In this document: positions 25,139 through 38,067 of the stretch, piece by piece
How the letters are laid out: every line of letters starts with the position of its first letter
How positions within the stretch are numbered: position 1 is the stretch's first letter
Source of the DNA: Xylographa opegraphella
Taxonomy: Eukaryota
Assembly (NCBI GenBank): GCA_022813865.1
Contig: JALDZX010000019.1
Span: forward strand, 1 to 64,000
Direction of reading: 5' to 3'
Length of the DNA stretch: 64,000 nucleotides
Translations under genes and position numbers: made by a program
Notes under the pieces: generated by a model
What the model saw: only the letters and a program-made list of their open reading frames with translations
Told to the model about the DNA's origin: nothing
Databases searched by the model: none

Positions 25139-26905
25139 TCATGGCGCAAATCCTATATGCTCCCTATCATCATCCACCAACCTCCCATATTCCAATAGTA
25201 GCCTGAAAAACCACACCTCGAAGTCTTCGTTCCGAAGCACCTGGCCCGCCCACTCCCTTCCCTGGTTCGCCAACCGTTGCGCCTGTACCTTCCCCGCTTC
25301 CTCTTGGTCGAAATATCGTACACTCTCTACGTAATCATCGCCGCTCAGTCCCAGCGGAATGTAATGCACCCATGGCTTGATCCACTCCTCGTGCCATTCC
25401 CTGAACACGGCCATTTTGAAAATTAAGCTCCTGCTCTTCAAGAACGCGTAAAAGCGGCCGCTGAAGGCGTTGCCGTCGATGTCGAGGAGGTACTTATAGG
25501 CCCAGGCGTGATGTTGAGGGGCCCCTTTCTCGATTCTGAAGAATTCCTTCTGTGCGTCACAATCCCCGGGATCGCATTGGCCTACGTGGGAGAAGTGGAC
25601 GTTGAAGAGAGGCTTGTAGTCCAATCGTGGCATAGCCTTCGCATGCCATTCGGTCTCACCATTTATGGTCTGATTCTCATAAATCCGTGTATTGTCAAGC
25701 GCGTTAATCTTTTTAACCATGCGCTGTCTGTGCTGCCGCCTCCAACCACCATCTCGAGAGAACCCACCAGTTGTTGAGCCCCGCCAGTACATCTGGTTCT
25801 CCTTGTTCTCCCACGTGTAGTCCTGTGATTCTTTGTAGGGCACCTTGTCGGACCAGTACCATGGCGAAGGGTATAGTATATCCTGGAAACTGCTGATCTT
25901 ACTTTGCGAAAAGATAGGAAACAGGTCATGTACAACGTCAAAAGCATTGGGGCGGTCGAAAAAGCCGTAAGTCTCACGAAGAGATGGAGAATTGCAGATG
26001 TCGGAGAATGTGGTCTTGTTCTGGACAAAGTTCAGATCGGAGAAAGTGTAGGAAGAGCTGTTATCCGCCATAGTCTCATCGAGGGCACGAGAAGGACTAT
26101 CTGGCGAACAAGAAATTCGAGAATTCGTCCAGGTCGGTTGGTGAGCAAAGCGATTAAACCTTGTGATGCTGACTTCTGGAAACCTCTTACCGTCGTCTAG
26201 GTCGGCCGGTCTGGTGGACCATATGTTTCGTGGTTTATGGTAAGCCATTGCAGCTGGCAGAGCTTGATCAGTTGCTTTCTTGACTAGACGCGTGAGATCC
26301 TCGTGAGGTATGACGACACGTGGCTCATCATGCTTGTTAAAGCATAGGTCCATATCAGGCAAGTACTGGATGAAGCCTTGCATCATTCCCTCCGTTGCTT
26401 CTTGCTGCCATTCGTCACCTCCCGCTTTGTTCACTATCTCTCCGCCTCTCAGAAGGATTCCTATGAGTGCATTGTCAAACCCCAATGCCTCTCTTGCTCT
26501 CCCTCGGATGACAGAAGGCTCCAGTCCCCAAAAGGGAAGCAAAGAGTCGTAGATAGTGTCATACTCGTCGATCAGTTGCACTTGCTTCTCCCTCGCGAAG
26601 TAGTACCATTTATCGAAGTTCGGCGGTGGAGGAATCTTGTATCTCCGTTTATACTCGACGACCGCTTCGTCCAAGGTCTTCGATTGGCCATTAAGAGTAC
26701 CACTTAGGCTCTGCTCGGCGTTGTTGATGAGCTGATGTATTGGATGAGATTTTGATGTTGCAGGTGGTAGCGAATCTGTCCATGTTGAAGGCTTCTGATC
26801 TGCTGAAAGCAGAAAATCCAGACGTCTGGACCTGCGCAATAGTAACACAGTTAATCCCGCAAATAAAGACAGTGTAAGAAGCGTAAGAAGCCGCTTTGAT
26901 CTCAT
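25139..26905 (-). CDS. Glycosyltransferase family 90 (CAP10/Cxt1-like), type II membrane protein
   Basis: N-terminal TM segment, HPI..L, EY.RRY..PPPPNFDKW, WRGSTTGG, YKYLLDIDGNAFSGRF and PWVHYIP. Confidence 0.88.
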   Translation of the reverse strand: MRSKRLLTLLTLSLFAGLTVLLLRRSRRLDFLLSADQKPSTWTDSLPPATSKSHPIHQLINNAEQSLSGTLNGQSKTLDEAVVEYKRRYKIPPPPNFDKWYYFAREKQVQLIDEYDTIYDSLLPFWGLEPSVIRGRAREALGFDNALIGILLRGGEIVNKAGGDEWQQEATEGMMQGFIQYLPDMDLCFNKHDEPRVVIPHEDLTRLVKKATDQALPAAMAYHKPRNIWSTRPADLDDGKRFPEVSITRFNRFAHQPTWTNSRISCSPDSPSRALDETMADNSSSYTFSDLNFVQNKTTFSDICNSPSLRETYGFFDRPNAFDVVHDLFPIFSQSKISSFQDILYPSPWYWSDKVPYKESQDYTWENKENQMYWRGSTTGGFSRDGGWRRQHRQRMVKKINALDNTRIYENQTINGETEWHAKAMPRLDYKPLFNVHFSHVGQCDPGDCDAQKEFFRIEKGAPQHHAWAYKYLLDIDGNAFSGRFYAFLKSRSLIFKMAVFREWHEEWIKPWVHYIPLGLSGDDYVESVRYFDQEEAGKVQAQRLANQGREWAGQVLRNEDFEVWFFRLLLEYGRLVDDDREHIGFAP

Positions 26906-27465
26906 CCTCCCTCACGACTTCGAAGCAATTCGGCTAAACGATAGCGGTACATGGAAGTTAAGATGTAGATGTTGTTGGTGTTCTGCAAGGATTTTGGTGC
27001 TCGGCTATCATGGGACTGCTGGCTCAAGTAGAAAATGACTATCGAGGCCTGCTCCCATTGAAACAGTTATGCTGAACAATAGCATGCTGCAGCCGAGAGA
27101 TTTGCTCCCTGAAGGAAAAAGTTCAATTTCCTCAAGCCTCTAAGAACTTGACCGAAGAGGCAGCTGCGCATAATAATTATGCAAGCTTATGAACCTTGCA
27201 ATAAAATCGCCTAGCTTACTACATTCATTCATCTATTGTTGCTGCAGACAACTTCTCTCTGGGGTCCGATTAACCAATCTAGATTATACAATTTGCAGGT
27301 GGGCAATCCAAGATCCAACTGAATACCAAAGAACCGTTTAATCAAATGGGTATCTGTCTACAATGTTGTCTCTTCGTCCCAGTTCATCTACACCCTGTCT
27401 ACTCCCGGCCTCCCAAGCACCATCCATCCGCATATCAGGAGGAGCATATTAATTTATGTCGAGAT

Positions 27466-28333
27466 TTACAGTTTGCGCCCTAACTCAGAGAAGAACTGGC
27501 ATTGTCGAACATGGTAAGATTTCCCTGTGCATTCGTCGAAAGTGGAGAATCCGTACTTCATAGCATGAGGTGGGGTGTATACTTGCAAAATCAGCAAAAA
27601 CCTCCGAGCACTACTATACACACTTACAGTGCAGCGAAACTGCGACCCTATCTTCTTCAGAATTGGATATTTTATGGAGACCGAGCTACATTATAAAGCA
27701 TTAGGGCGAGAGAGCTAAGATCATTAACTTCGGACAGAGGCACTCACTTTGTCTGACATGTAAGTGACTTCGTTCTCCGCGTAAATGGTCTCCTTCTTTG
27801 CATGTAGAGGAGCCGGTGGGTAATCCTTCTTCGTGTTGGTATCTGGCCAATCATAGAGGGTCTCCTTCAAAGATCCTTGAAGTATCTACAAAATAACCTC
27901 AGTTCCTGCTGCAACTAAAGGTAACAAAGACTGGACCAGTACCTTCATGACGCAGTGGGCATTGGCATGGTCATGTATAGGACTGCCCTTTCCAGGTGTC
28001 CATACAAGGATAAGCTGGATGCGCAATGAGCAATCGCCTTCACAGGTTTAGATTCGAGCCTACAAGATTACTCTTGCCGTTGCCTTTGTCCACCAGGTTC
28101 CTCGTATACGATCGGCTTGGGTCCCCAAGGGCATAGGACATCCATTCTTTCCTCTCGGAGTTGTAGGCTTCCATCAGTCGTCGAAGATTCTCTGGGTCAA
28201 CATCGGCGGAATTTATCCCTGAAGAGGGACCTAGGACAGCGCTGAGGTCTCGAACAAGACCATGAAACGCGTCAACATGTGTGGTCGAAGGCTCCATCGA
28301 ATAACCCGTAGGTTGCTCAATTCGAGACGGCAT
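27466..28333 (-). CDS. CDO1: Cysteine dioxygenase; 5 exons
   Basis: [37 protein letters not shown] and SLHLYTPP cupin motifs after splicing. Confidence 0.92.
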
Positions 28334-28988
28334 GCTTGGGAGCGAGCAAACTCCTAAATACGACACTGGGTCTTTCTGTGAGACCGACGTTCTGCTGAGG
28401 TGCGCTGACTCGCTAGTCAAAATTTGGATTACAGGTCAGAACAAAAGTAGCCAACAAGCAAAACAACATAGAAGGTCTGACTTGTGGCGGACATGAGAGA
28501 ATAAAAGTCTGTGGTGTTAGATCTGTCAGGTGGCACGTCAGTGTGTTAGTCATTCATAAACATCGTCAGCCAATGTTTACGAAAGCTAGATGTGGAAGTG
28601 GACTTCAGTACCAGGATCCAGTAGCAAAGTCTCTCTCCCTAATTAGTGCTGGAGCTCTTTTGGGATGTCAATTGACTACCAAGACAGCGGTATTTATTCA
28701 TCAAATGCTGACCGCAAAGAATATTACCTATGGCTTGCAATCCTGCATCCAGTGTACGAATGACTAAGCGCCTGTGGGCATAATAACTAGTGTACCCCTC
28801 CAAACCCCACTACTTAATCAACTATAGCACGTAGAAGTTTTTGATTTCCAGACGTGGTAAAGTACAGCGCATATTCAAAGATTGTGGCCATACGAAATCA
28901 GATCACTTGACGCAGATAGCTTGCGACTTCATCGAATCATCCGAGGCGGCTTGCACGATTTCGAAGCTTCCGCGAACAAACTGCAGCT

Positions 28989-30652
28989 ATGGCGACCACA
29001 GCAGACAAGGTCAATTGTTTTCCAACAGCTTTCTCAAGAGTGTACGCTGACCTACGTAACTATAGATCAAGGATATAGAAGCGGAGGTACGAACACTCAT
29101 CTTGTACAAATTAATCCTGCCGTACTACGGTCCCGATGTCTCTCTCCTTCCGTCTAGTATATAGGTGATCCATACACCTGTCGGAGGAATGGGTCACCGT
29201 GAATCTGGAGAGACGGCTGACAGTGTAATTAGATGGCCAAGACGCAGAAGAATAAAGTATGTCCGGGCTGCAAAGTAAGATAATGGAATTAGTTCTAATT
29301 TTGGGTCGCAGGCGACCTCTTTCCATCTTGGTATAATTATTGGCATATCGAACACAAGCGCCCAACTCACATTATACAGGACAACTAAAAGCAAAGCTAG
29401 CAAAGCTGAAGCGCGAGCTCCTGACACCAACATCAAGTGGTGGAGGTGGAGGATGTGAGCATTACCAGGGACTGCCAATTTCAAGACATAGAAGCTAACC
29501 AGCAGTAGCGGGATTCGATGTCGCGCGGACTGGTGTTGCTAGTGTTGGTTTTATAGGATTTCCTTCGGTGGGAAAGTCGACTTTGATGAGCAAATTGACA
29601 GGACAGCATTCCGAAGGTACTGTGAAATTTGGTCGTGCCGCCTGATAGTTGTTAACTGAATTAGTTGCGGCGTATGAGTTCACAACCTTGACCACTGTAC
29701 CTGGACAAGTACAATATAACGGTGCGGCTATACAGATGCTTGATCTGCCAGGTATTATCCAAGGCGCGAAGGACGGCAAAGGTCGTGGACGTCAAGTTAT
29801 CGCTGTTGCAAAGACATGCCATTTGATATTCATCGTCTTAGACGTAAATAAACCACTGACTGACAAGCGAGTCATCGAGGCGGAACTAGAGGGCTTTGGC
29901 ATTCGTATCAATAAGGAACCGCCAAATATCGTTTTCAAAAAGAAGGATAAGGGTGGGCTCGCTATCACTAACACAGTACCGTTATCCCACATTGACCATG
30001 ATGTTCGTTCCCACTCGTCACATAGTACTATCTGGTTCGCTAACGTCGAATAGGAGATCAGAGCCGTCATGGGAGAGTACAAGATTTCGTCGGCTGATAT
30101 TGCCATCCGATGTGACGCCACTATCGATGATTTGATAGACGTGCTGGAGGCGAAGAGCCGAAGCTATATTCCTGTTATTTATGCATTGAACAAAATCGAC
30201 TCTATCTCTATCGAAGAGCTTGACCTGCTATACAGGATTCCAAATGCATGTCCAATAAGTTCGGAACACGGCTGGAACGTGGACGAACTGATGGAGCAGA
30301 TGTGGGAAAAGCTTGAACTGCGGCGCATATACACCAAGCCGAAAGGAAAATCTCCAGACTACAGCACACCTGTCGTTTTGAGAAAGAGTGCCTGCACAGT
30401 GGAGGACTTTGTGGGTCGACCTCATCTTCCGTCGAATCGGAGAAGCTAATCTTAGGTAGTGTAACGCCATCCACAAGACAATTGTCGAGCAATTTAAGCA
30501 AGCCATAGTCTATGGCCAATCCGTGAAGCATCAACCGCAGAGAGTTGGATTGTCGCATGAATTAGCAGACGAAGACATAAGTAAGCAAGATCCAGTCTTC
30601 AACCAGATTTGCATGCTAAGGGTATCCATCAGTCACTATCATCAAACGATAG
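28989..30652 (+). CDS. RBG1: DRG/Obg-family GTPase Rbg1 (DRG1), many introns including several 19-24 nt micro-exons
   Basis: [52 protein letters not shown] and a TGS domain. Confidence 0.93.
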
Positions 30653-32655
30653 AGCCAGAGTCAGGACAGCTATGACATCTCCTGAAGCCGTGATACCGAG
30701 TTATCAAGGATATAGCGAGATTTGCCAGCTGACACAAGTCCTGAAACTGTAGAAAGTGGTCTGACAGGATACGGAGAGGCTCTCCGACATCCTGCAAGCC
30801 AGTACTTACTGTTGTTAAATTGAAGGCTACTTCACCCCAGCTCCAACAAGCAAGCTGATCAGAAGCGAAAATAGCAACAAGACACTCGTCTACTTCCAGG
30901 TTGAGTCTGAAGCTTTTGCCTAGGAGATACGACCTGATTGCGTTTGGCTCCAGTAACGAGCGATACACAACTCTGTGGTTTGCCATTGGTAAGAAAATGG
31001 GAGACTAAAGAATACTAATATTTATTGAGAAAAGCAACCGGGTGATATGCAGTACACCCACCAATAAGAATGCCGGAGCAGGGGAATTTCTAAAAATTGA
31101 GGGGGGGGGGGGAAGCGCTGACGCAGCACTTCTCCACACAGGAGCTTGCCCCCTTAAAGGATCTGGTGTCTCACGCACGAAGTGGCCCAGTCGATAGCTA
31201 AGTCGATCTTCCGAAATGCGAAGATCGGGGCCCTAAATCCTCTGGCCGATTATCTGTTTATTATACTCCGTACGTGAGATTTCAACAATGATACGCTTAG
31301 TGCTGGTTAGGACCGTTACGGCTTTTCATCGTGCCTCGACGGAAAAAAGCGGAACTTTGTAATCAATTAATAATCAATAATATCATTATGCAATAGATCC
31401 TTTCCGTCGTATCCTTGATTCCTTGGTCATTCTCGATGCATTCGAGAGGTGCGCAATCTGTCGAGGAAAGAAGTGAGCGCGGTAGAGACCGGATATGTTC
31501 ATAAGGCAGTGGTCTGTTGAGGAAACACGGGAGATAGCTGGTAGGTAACGCTGGGAGTCTGGACGCCGACGCTTTTTCGTCCGATGCCCGATAAGTCCCA
31601 CACTACGTCCGCCTAACGGTCCCATTCGTGCCCAAGAGATCACGGTGCAGGCAAGGCGACGCAGCGATCTTGGAGTACGTAGCCAGCGAGGACGAAAGAC
31701 ACTAAGCAGTCGACCTATCCCATTAATACCGGCCTTGCCATCACCGCCTTACCTGCGCTGTTCAGAGGGCACATGTCCACTTCGTTTGCGATCGTCGTCC
31801 GAGTGACCTGATCTTCTCCGCTCTGCTACTTGTCAAGCCAATGATTCATCCGTCCAGCGTGCTGTCAGCTTAATCTCCAGCTCCGCACCGGTGCATTTGC
31901 TTTTCTGCCGTGGTTGTCCATTCACGTTATATATGATTCTAGTGCGTGCCAGCTTTGCTTCCCCATCGGTCGAGGATTCTTGCGCTCGACCCTCGCCAGC
32001 CACAGGCCTCGGACGGCCGTTGGAAGGAATGGTGCTGGTGTCGAGCGAGCGAGAACATGGATGGCGAGCCTGTTCGGTCCCGTGGGTTACCGTATCCGTA
32101 CCTGGGGGGCAACAAAGTCAGTCCTTCAACCATGTCTAGGCCGGGCTAGGGCAGCGTACAGGGGGGGGCCCCCCCTAGGGCCTTCTCCAAGGTAGTCCGT
32201 AGCACCTACCCGCTCACCATGATTCAAAACCACTAGAACGCCCATCGTTCTCCATGGCTTAAGCTTCTCCACATGTCTGCTGCAGCCTGCAGGTCTCCCT
32301 GTCAGAGCACTCTCCTTCTGTTGTCCAGCGTCTCCTCCTCGAGAAAGCGAGCTGGCCTGCTGGAAGTCCCTTCCTTCATCATTACACCCCCCCGTGAACC
32401 GAACCGGTCTGCTCAACCTCGATGTGCCACATGAGACTACTCGGCGTGCATATTGACTATCGAACAATGCTTACGCTTCATGCAACCACCCGCACTGCAC
32501 GCTGACCAGGAACGTACGGCGCTACCGCCGGAACTGAGCTCGCAGACTGTGGACTCGGTTGTCCGTCTGCGCCTATTGACCGCCGGGCCCAAGCAAGTAC
32601 AACAATCGATAACCACCGTCCAAATTTATTCTTGACCCCAACACGGCGGCCCAGC

Positions 32656-34454
32656 ATGGACCCAATGATGGTGAAGGAGCAAGCACAGGATGAGCAATAT
32701 GGTCACCATCAATGGGTCGATATCAACGATTACCACTCGCCACACGTACAGTCTCCCGCGAACGAGTACAATGGCTTCGGGTATATGGCGAATTCCCACG
32801 CACTACCGATGGAGTCGTCTTACGGCCGATCAATTCAGTCGTCGTACTCGATGCATCAATCTCAGCAATCGATGATGCCCACACAATGGCCAAGCATGTT
32901 GACCAATCCATCAAGCAATGCTTCATCACCAGCCCCGATCCAAGTGCCGCCCCCGCTGGCCCCCATTTCCACCTTTGCCACCGTGCATTCTCTACCACCA
33001 CTCACGACTCCGGTGCCCACGGCATCTGCTCGGCGTACTCTCACCGATCAAGACCGCCGTCGAATGTGCCTATACCATGAGGAGAATCCCACGGTCAAGC
33101 AAACGGAAATAGGAGGTTAGTCTCATTTTTATATCGTAGGTTCTCGATTACGCTAATCATATATCGCAGCTATGTTTGGTGTTGAGAGAAGGTCATTTCT
33201 CCCCCGTCGATTAGTATTCGTCCCGGAGTCTTCGTACTGACGTTCTGCTGCAGCACTGTTTCCAAAGTCTTGCGTCAGAAGGAAAAGTATCTCTTTCCCG
33301 ATGACGGTAGTCGGTCGCCCGTCAAAAGGTCCAAGGGTAAATTCCCGGACATTGAACGAGCATTGTCCAACTGGGCACGAAATCATCAAAGGCAAGGTTT
33401 ACCGTTAAGTGATAGTATGATCAGAGACAAGGCTCGCTTCTTTGCTACCACGGTGGGAAATTCAGACAGTCACGTTAAAGTCAATAGCAACAATTGGCTC
33501 GAGAAGTTCAAGCAAAAGAACCATTTACTGGGTGCGAAACCTCGCAAGGCGTCCGATGCGAACGACTCGGACAACGGCTATAACGTCGACTCAGTGTCAG
33601 GCTCTCAGACACCGAGCAACATCTCTCCAGTATCACCGATTGGCGTTTCATCGCCATCGCCACTGTCTGCCAGTCGCGGCCGTGAAAGCATCAAGACAGA
33701 AAGTCCTGATAGCTACATGGATTTTTCAGCGAGCTATCGACATACCCATTCTCAGAGTGCGACTTCCCTTGCGAGCTGTTTTTCCGACAATACTGCACCG
33801 TCTTCCTTTTCGGGTGGTCCTCAAAGCCCGATAGAGCCTTTCTTCTCTTCTGATCCAAATTCAGCTGGTCCATATTTACCATCTCAAAATGCGCGGTTCA
33901 TGACTCTCGCTAGTTCGAACACCGCACGACCTCGGAGTCAAACATTTCCTATGCTAGGGATCGAGACCACGTATGCCGAACCACCAGGACCTGGGGAATA
34001 TACTCCAAAGCAAATGCAGCAAATTATGGCGGCTCCTACATTGGAGACTCCAATCGAAGATCTATCTGATTCACCTTTAGCAATTGTGGGGATATCGCAA
34101 CACCACAGGTCACATCCTGCCAACGATATCCATAGCCCGAAACAAAACAGCAGTCCCACCCTGATGGCTCCACCTCCACATCCCAACACCAGTTCCTCGA
34201 CGCCGAACACTAGTAATGTATCCTCACCAATTTCTCCACCGTCGCAAGACGAAGCACGACGAGCTCTAGAGCTTGTGTTGAACTTCTTCCAAAACCAGCC
34301 AACAGGGGTTGTGGATCCTCAAGAATTTGTCGCAATGGGAAAGCTGATGGAAAAGCTCAAATTTCAAGGCGTTGGGGATCTTCCTGGAGGCATGCATTCT
34401 ATTGTTGTGGGAGAACAAGAAATGTCGAGAAAAAGAAGCATTCATTCATTGTGA
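32656..34454 (+). CDS. CENP-B/pogo-type HTH DNA-binding protein without a DDE domain; exons 32656-33115, 33170-33191, 33254-34454
   Basis: RRTLTDQDRRRMC..KQTEIGAMFGVERSTVSKVL (psq/CENP-B N-terminal HTH) and FPDIERALSNW...IRDKA..F...WLEKFK (CENP-B/Tc5 HTH), followed by a Ser/Pro-rich tail. Confidence 0.85.
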
Positions 34455-35131
34455 CCAACAGATGCGAAATACATACACACTCCTTACGTAGCCTTGCAAC
34501 GCACTGCATCCATCGACCTTGTGCGATTTCCAGCAATTGTTCTTATACTCTCAGAACTTGTCTTAGGTCTTCATCGGATGCTGGAGACGGTTTTATTCGC
34601 TCACGTTCTATATTGACTTTCTCGATGAGATACAGGTTCACCGGAAATCCGGGAACCTTACAAGACATACCCCTGGCCTCGCGGCTTTATCATCATTCCT
34701 GGCGCTGGTATAGCATTTACGACTTGTTTCTTCAGCGTGATACTGGATTTTAATGATTGCGTTCATATGGCTTGGAGTATGTATGTAGGGGTGATCGGAC
34801 GGATGAAAGTACATATGGTCGGAATAGGGCTGGAGATGGGATAGGTTTAGGGCTCCGCATTGTTACTGTTTACGCAATGATAGCCGGGAATCGATCTTTC
34901 GGTTCAGAAAAAAAAAAGAACATATAATGAATGTGAAAGTACTTTTTGACGATGTAGTGCTCTCAACGCGGATAGCGACAATTGACTTCCAAATGCTTGG
35001 CATGTGCCGGGACGACGTAATTTCGCGAACAATTTTGGACACTGCGCATTTTGTCACCCCAGGCATAGATTTGTCCTCGTATACGATATGATGCCGATGA
35101 AGGTTATTTGCTGTTCTTGCAGATTTCCACC

Positions 35132-38067
35132 ATGACGCAAGTCCCCTTGGGACTTCCACCACATCTTCTACCACGTCCCAAAGCTCCGCCGACTTCGAGT
35201 AGCACAGTCTCTCTACACGCTCTGGCCACCCCAACTACACCACATCTCTCAAGATCCTCATCACCAAGCCGTCAGACTTCTCCTTCGACTGTGGCCCCAA
35301 TCGCTCATAGCGATGACTCCGATAAGACAACTGCCACACTGATCCGGCGAGTACTTTGTCCTCAGAGCCATGCCAATGGCCCGGATGCCCGCACCATCGA
35401 CGTGCTGCTACCTCCATTAACCAGTAGCAATGATGTTGACCTCCAACTTTACGCTATCATTGCTATCGTGGTTAAAGAGTTCGTGTACAGCTGGTACGGA
35501 AGCATGACACCCGACCTGAGCTTCGTGGAGGAAGTCGTACGAATCTTTGCACACTGCACGAGAGCATTGGAGCAGCGCCTTAGGACCATTGACGTGGACA
35601 GCCTAGTCTTTGACGAAATCCCGCAACTCGTGGAAGGACATATCCAAGGTTAGCAGCAAACCCTAATTCTCATGCTCCGAAACATGTGTGGCTAATATTA
35701 CTGAACCAGCCTTCAGGACCAGTCACCAGATCCTGTATCCACCCGCGACTGCAGTCGATCCCAGAGTGGTGTATCATACACTTGTTCCACACCCTGCGTT
35801 CTCCCCGGTGCCGAATGTCAATGCGCACGCAACGGTAGCGGAGCAGTCTCAAAATGAGGAAGCACATCGACAACTACTGGTCCAGGGCGCGTTGGCCGTA
35901 CTTCTGCCTACCGAGGACCTCGGGAATGCCTGTCTCCGGACACTCGTGGCAGATATCATAGGAGAAATGATTCTTGGCAACGGCATCGGGGGCAAAGCGT
36001 GTGAAGGCTGGGTCATCTGGGAAGGCATCACAAAGCTTGTGGAGGGCGTCAAAGCGCGTGTGGAACGCAAACCTACGGGCGAGGAAATTGAAGAGAATAC
36101 TAGGAGTCGACTGGAGAAGTTCGGGCTCTTGTCGGAGAGGAACGAGAAAGCTCAGGAGCATATGAAGGCAAGCCGATCCACAGCCGCATCGGAGAATTTT
36201 TGGCGGACACTTCAGTATGGCTATCTGGCATTCCTCGTCATGCGCTTCGTCGTCCTCGGTTTCGTGGCCGCCTACACCCGTCCTCCAGGTCCGTTGACGT
36301 CAAGACCGCACAGTGGAGCTGAAGAAGCTGCAGGAGGGAGAACGGGACCAGCGCCTAGGCCGAGCCGTCGGCCCCTCCTCGAATCCAGGATCTTCGCGGT
36401 GATATCGCTCCTGCTCGATTTGGCGCATCGCGCACCGTGGTTCGTGGGATGGCTCTGCCTTGTGCGGCACCATCTGGTCAGGCGGCCGCGTTGCCTCGCG
36501 GCCGAGGGAGGGCTCGTTGACAAGTAAGTCGAACCTGATTTTCCTTTTGATTTGCCCTCTCTGCGATTCCGTTGGCTACCGCGCAAGGACACTTGCAGCC
36601 GGCCAGTCCGTGCCTCGCATGAAGTTCAGATCACTTGACTTCGAAGTGACTGCGTGGGCCGTACCCACGAGCACGGCAGGACTCTCGACAAGGCGGGGGT
36701 CCCGCTTCGGGTTTCACGCTGCACGCTCCTCCCACACCCACGCCCACACCCACGCCCACGCCCACACCCACGCCCACGCCCACACCCACGCCCACGCCCA
36801 CACCCACGCCCACACACCGGCGGGGCCACCCACACCACAAGTTGCGCGGGGATTGAGATATGCATGCTGCACGCAGCTATCATCTCCTGCGAACGCCACC
36901 GGCGCCCGCTCGTTGAATCAGCGTCCTGTGTAACCACACCAGCTACGGTCTCCTAATCAAACCTAATCGCCAGAACTGGCCGAAAACGTCGAAACCCCAA
37001 GTGCCCCTTGACACTCGAGCGCATCATTTCCTCCTCGCATTTCTGGCATTTCCACATCGCTTGCGGGATTTTTCCTTCTTCCGCGCGAATAGCGCAGCGT
37101 CCTTTTTTCGCTGTTTCCGTGCTTGGCTCCCTCGTGTCCGCAAGCCCAGCCCAAAGCGCCAGGATGTACAGCAGCGACGCGCCACCGAGCATCGCTTGCT
37201 CATTTTACTTTGGCCTTACCTGATGGCTCGCGGCATCGGCCCGGCCACTCACAATCCCACGTTCGTGCTTTTTTCCCCTTTTCTCGCCTCAAGTTACGCT
37301 AGTGCGCGCGATACATTTCTTACATATCCACTTGCTGTATTTTTCTGATTGGCCGCTCACGCCAACCGCATAGGTTCCCACTCCTTTTCTCCTTGCCGCA
37401 TCCGAACAAGCCACTATCGATCGTGCGTGCATTGCGTGTCGAATTGCCCCGTCCGCGTCTGCAGCTGTCAAATCCCGCTGGAGCTGTCAGAGACTAACTT
37501 ATCGCTTGGCTTTTCGGGCGGCCCGTCCTCTGCGCAGCGGCCCCCACCCGTGACTAATCGCTGCTTTTTGGTCGATCGATCGCCGTGACCAAGTTCCGAG
37601 GTTGCATGCTAATGCGCTGACTCATCACTCCTAGCTTCCTCCGCTCCCTCCTCGCGACCTACGTCCTCACGCCCGCCCAGCTGCCTCCGCTGCTGCGCAC
37701 CCTCCGCACCGCTCTCTTCCCCGCCAACGCGCTCGCTCCCCCGCGCGCCGTGCCCTCCCCGGACGAGCAGCTGGCCATCAAGCACCGCTGCGCGGACGCC
37801 ATCCTCGATCTGCTCCCTCGCGCCCTCGCGAGGCGGTTCTTCGCAACCAGTTCGCCGCAGGACGGCGACGCCGATGGGGAGCGGCGGGCCATGCGCGCGG
37901 ATGTCGAGGCCGTGCTGGATGTCTTCGGCGACCCGTACATGAACAAGCACCTCGTCTTTGGCATCGTGGAACTGTGTTTCGTGAGGCTGATGCCCGAGCT
38001 GGGGGTCATGGGCGTGCGGCAGTTGATGGAGGCGAGGCTGGGGGAGGGGTGGGAGGATGCGGAGTAG
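35132..38067 (+). CDS. PXA-domain protein; exons 35132-35648, 35710-36523, 37635-38067
   Basis: LLPPLTSSNDVDLQLYAIIAIVVKEFVYSWY, PHPA, RQLLVQGALAVLLPTEDL, and a C-terminal FGDPYMNKHLVFGIVEL...PEL. The last exon joins in frame across an 1111-nt intron. Confidence 0.85.
36731..36814. repeat. CCCACA/CCCACG hexamer microsatellite (about 14 units) in PXA intron 2
   Basis: Directly visible tandem hexamers. Confidence 0.92.

Noticed and set aside
36460..36956. ORFs with HTHAHA/PHPR/GVGV repeats
   Set aside because: Translations of the intronic microsatellite.
36524..37634. Telomerase RNA, SRP RNA or RNase P/MRP RNA in the long intron
   Set aside because: No TAACCCTAA template or conserved P/MRP/SRP motifs were seen by eye.
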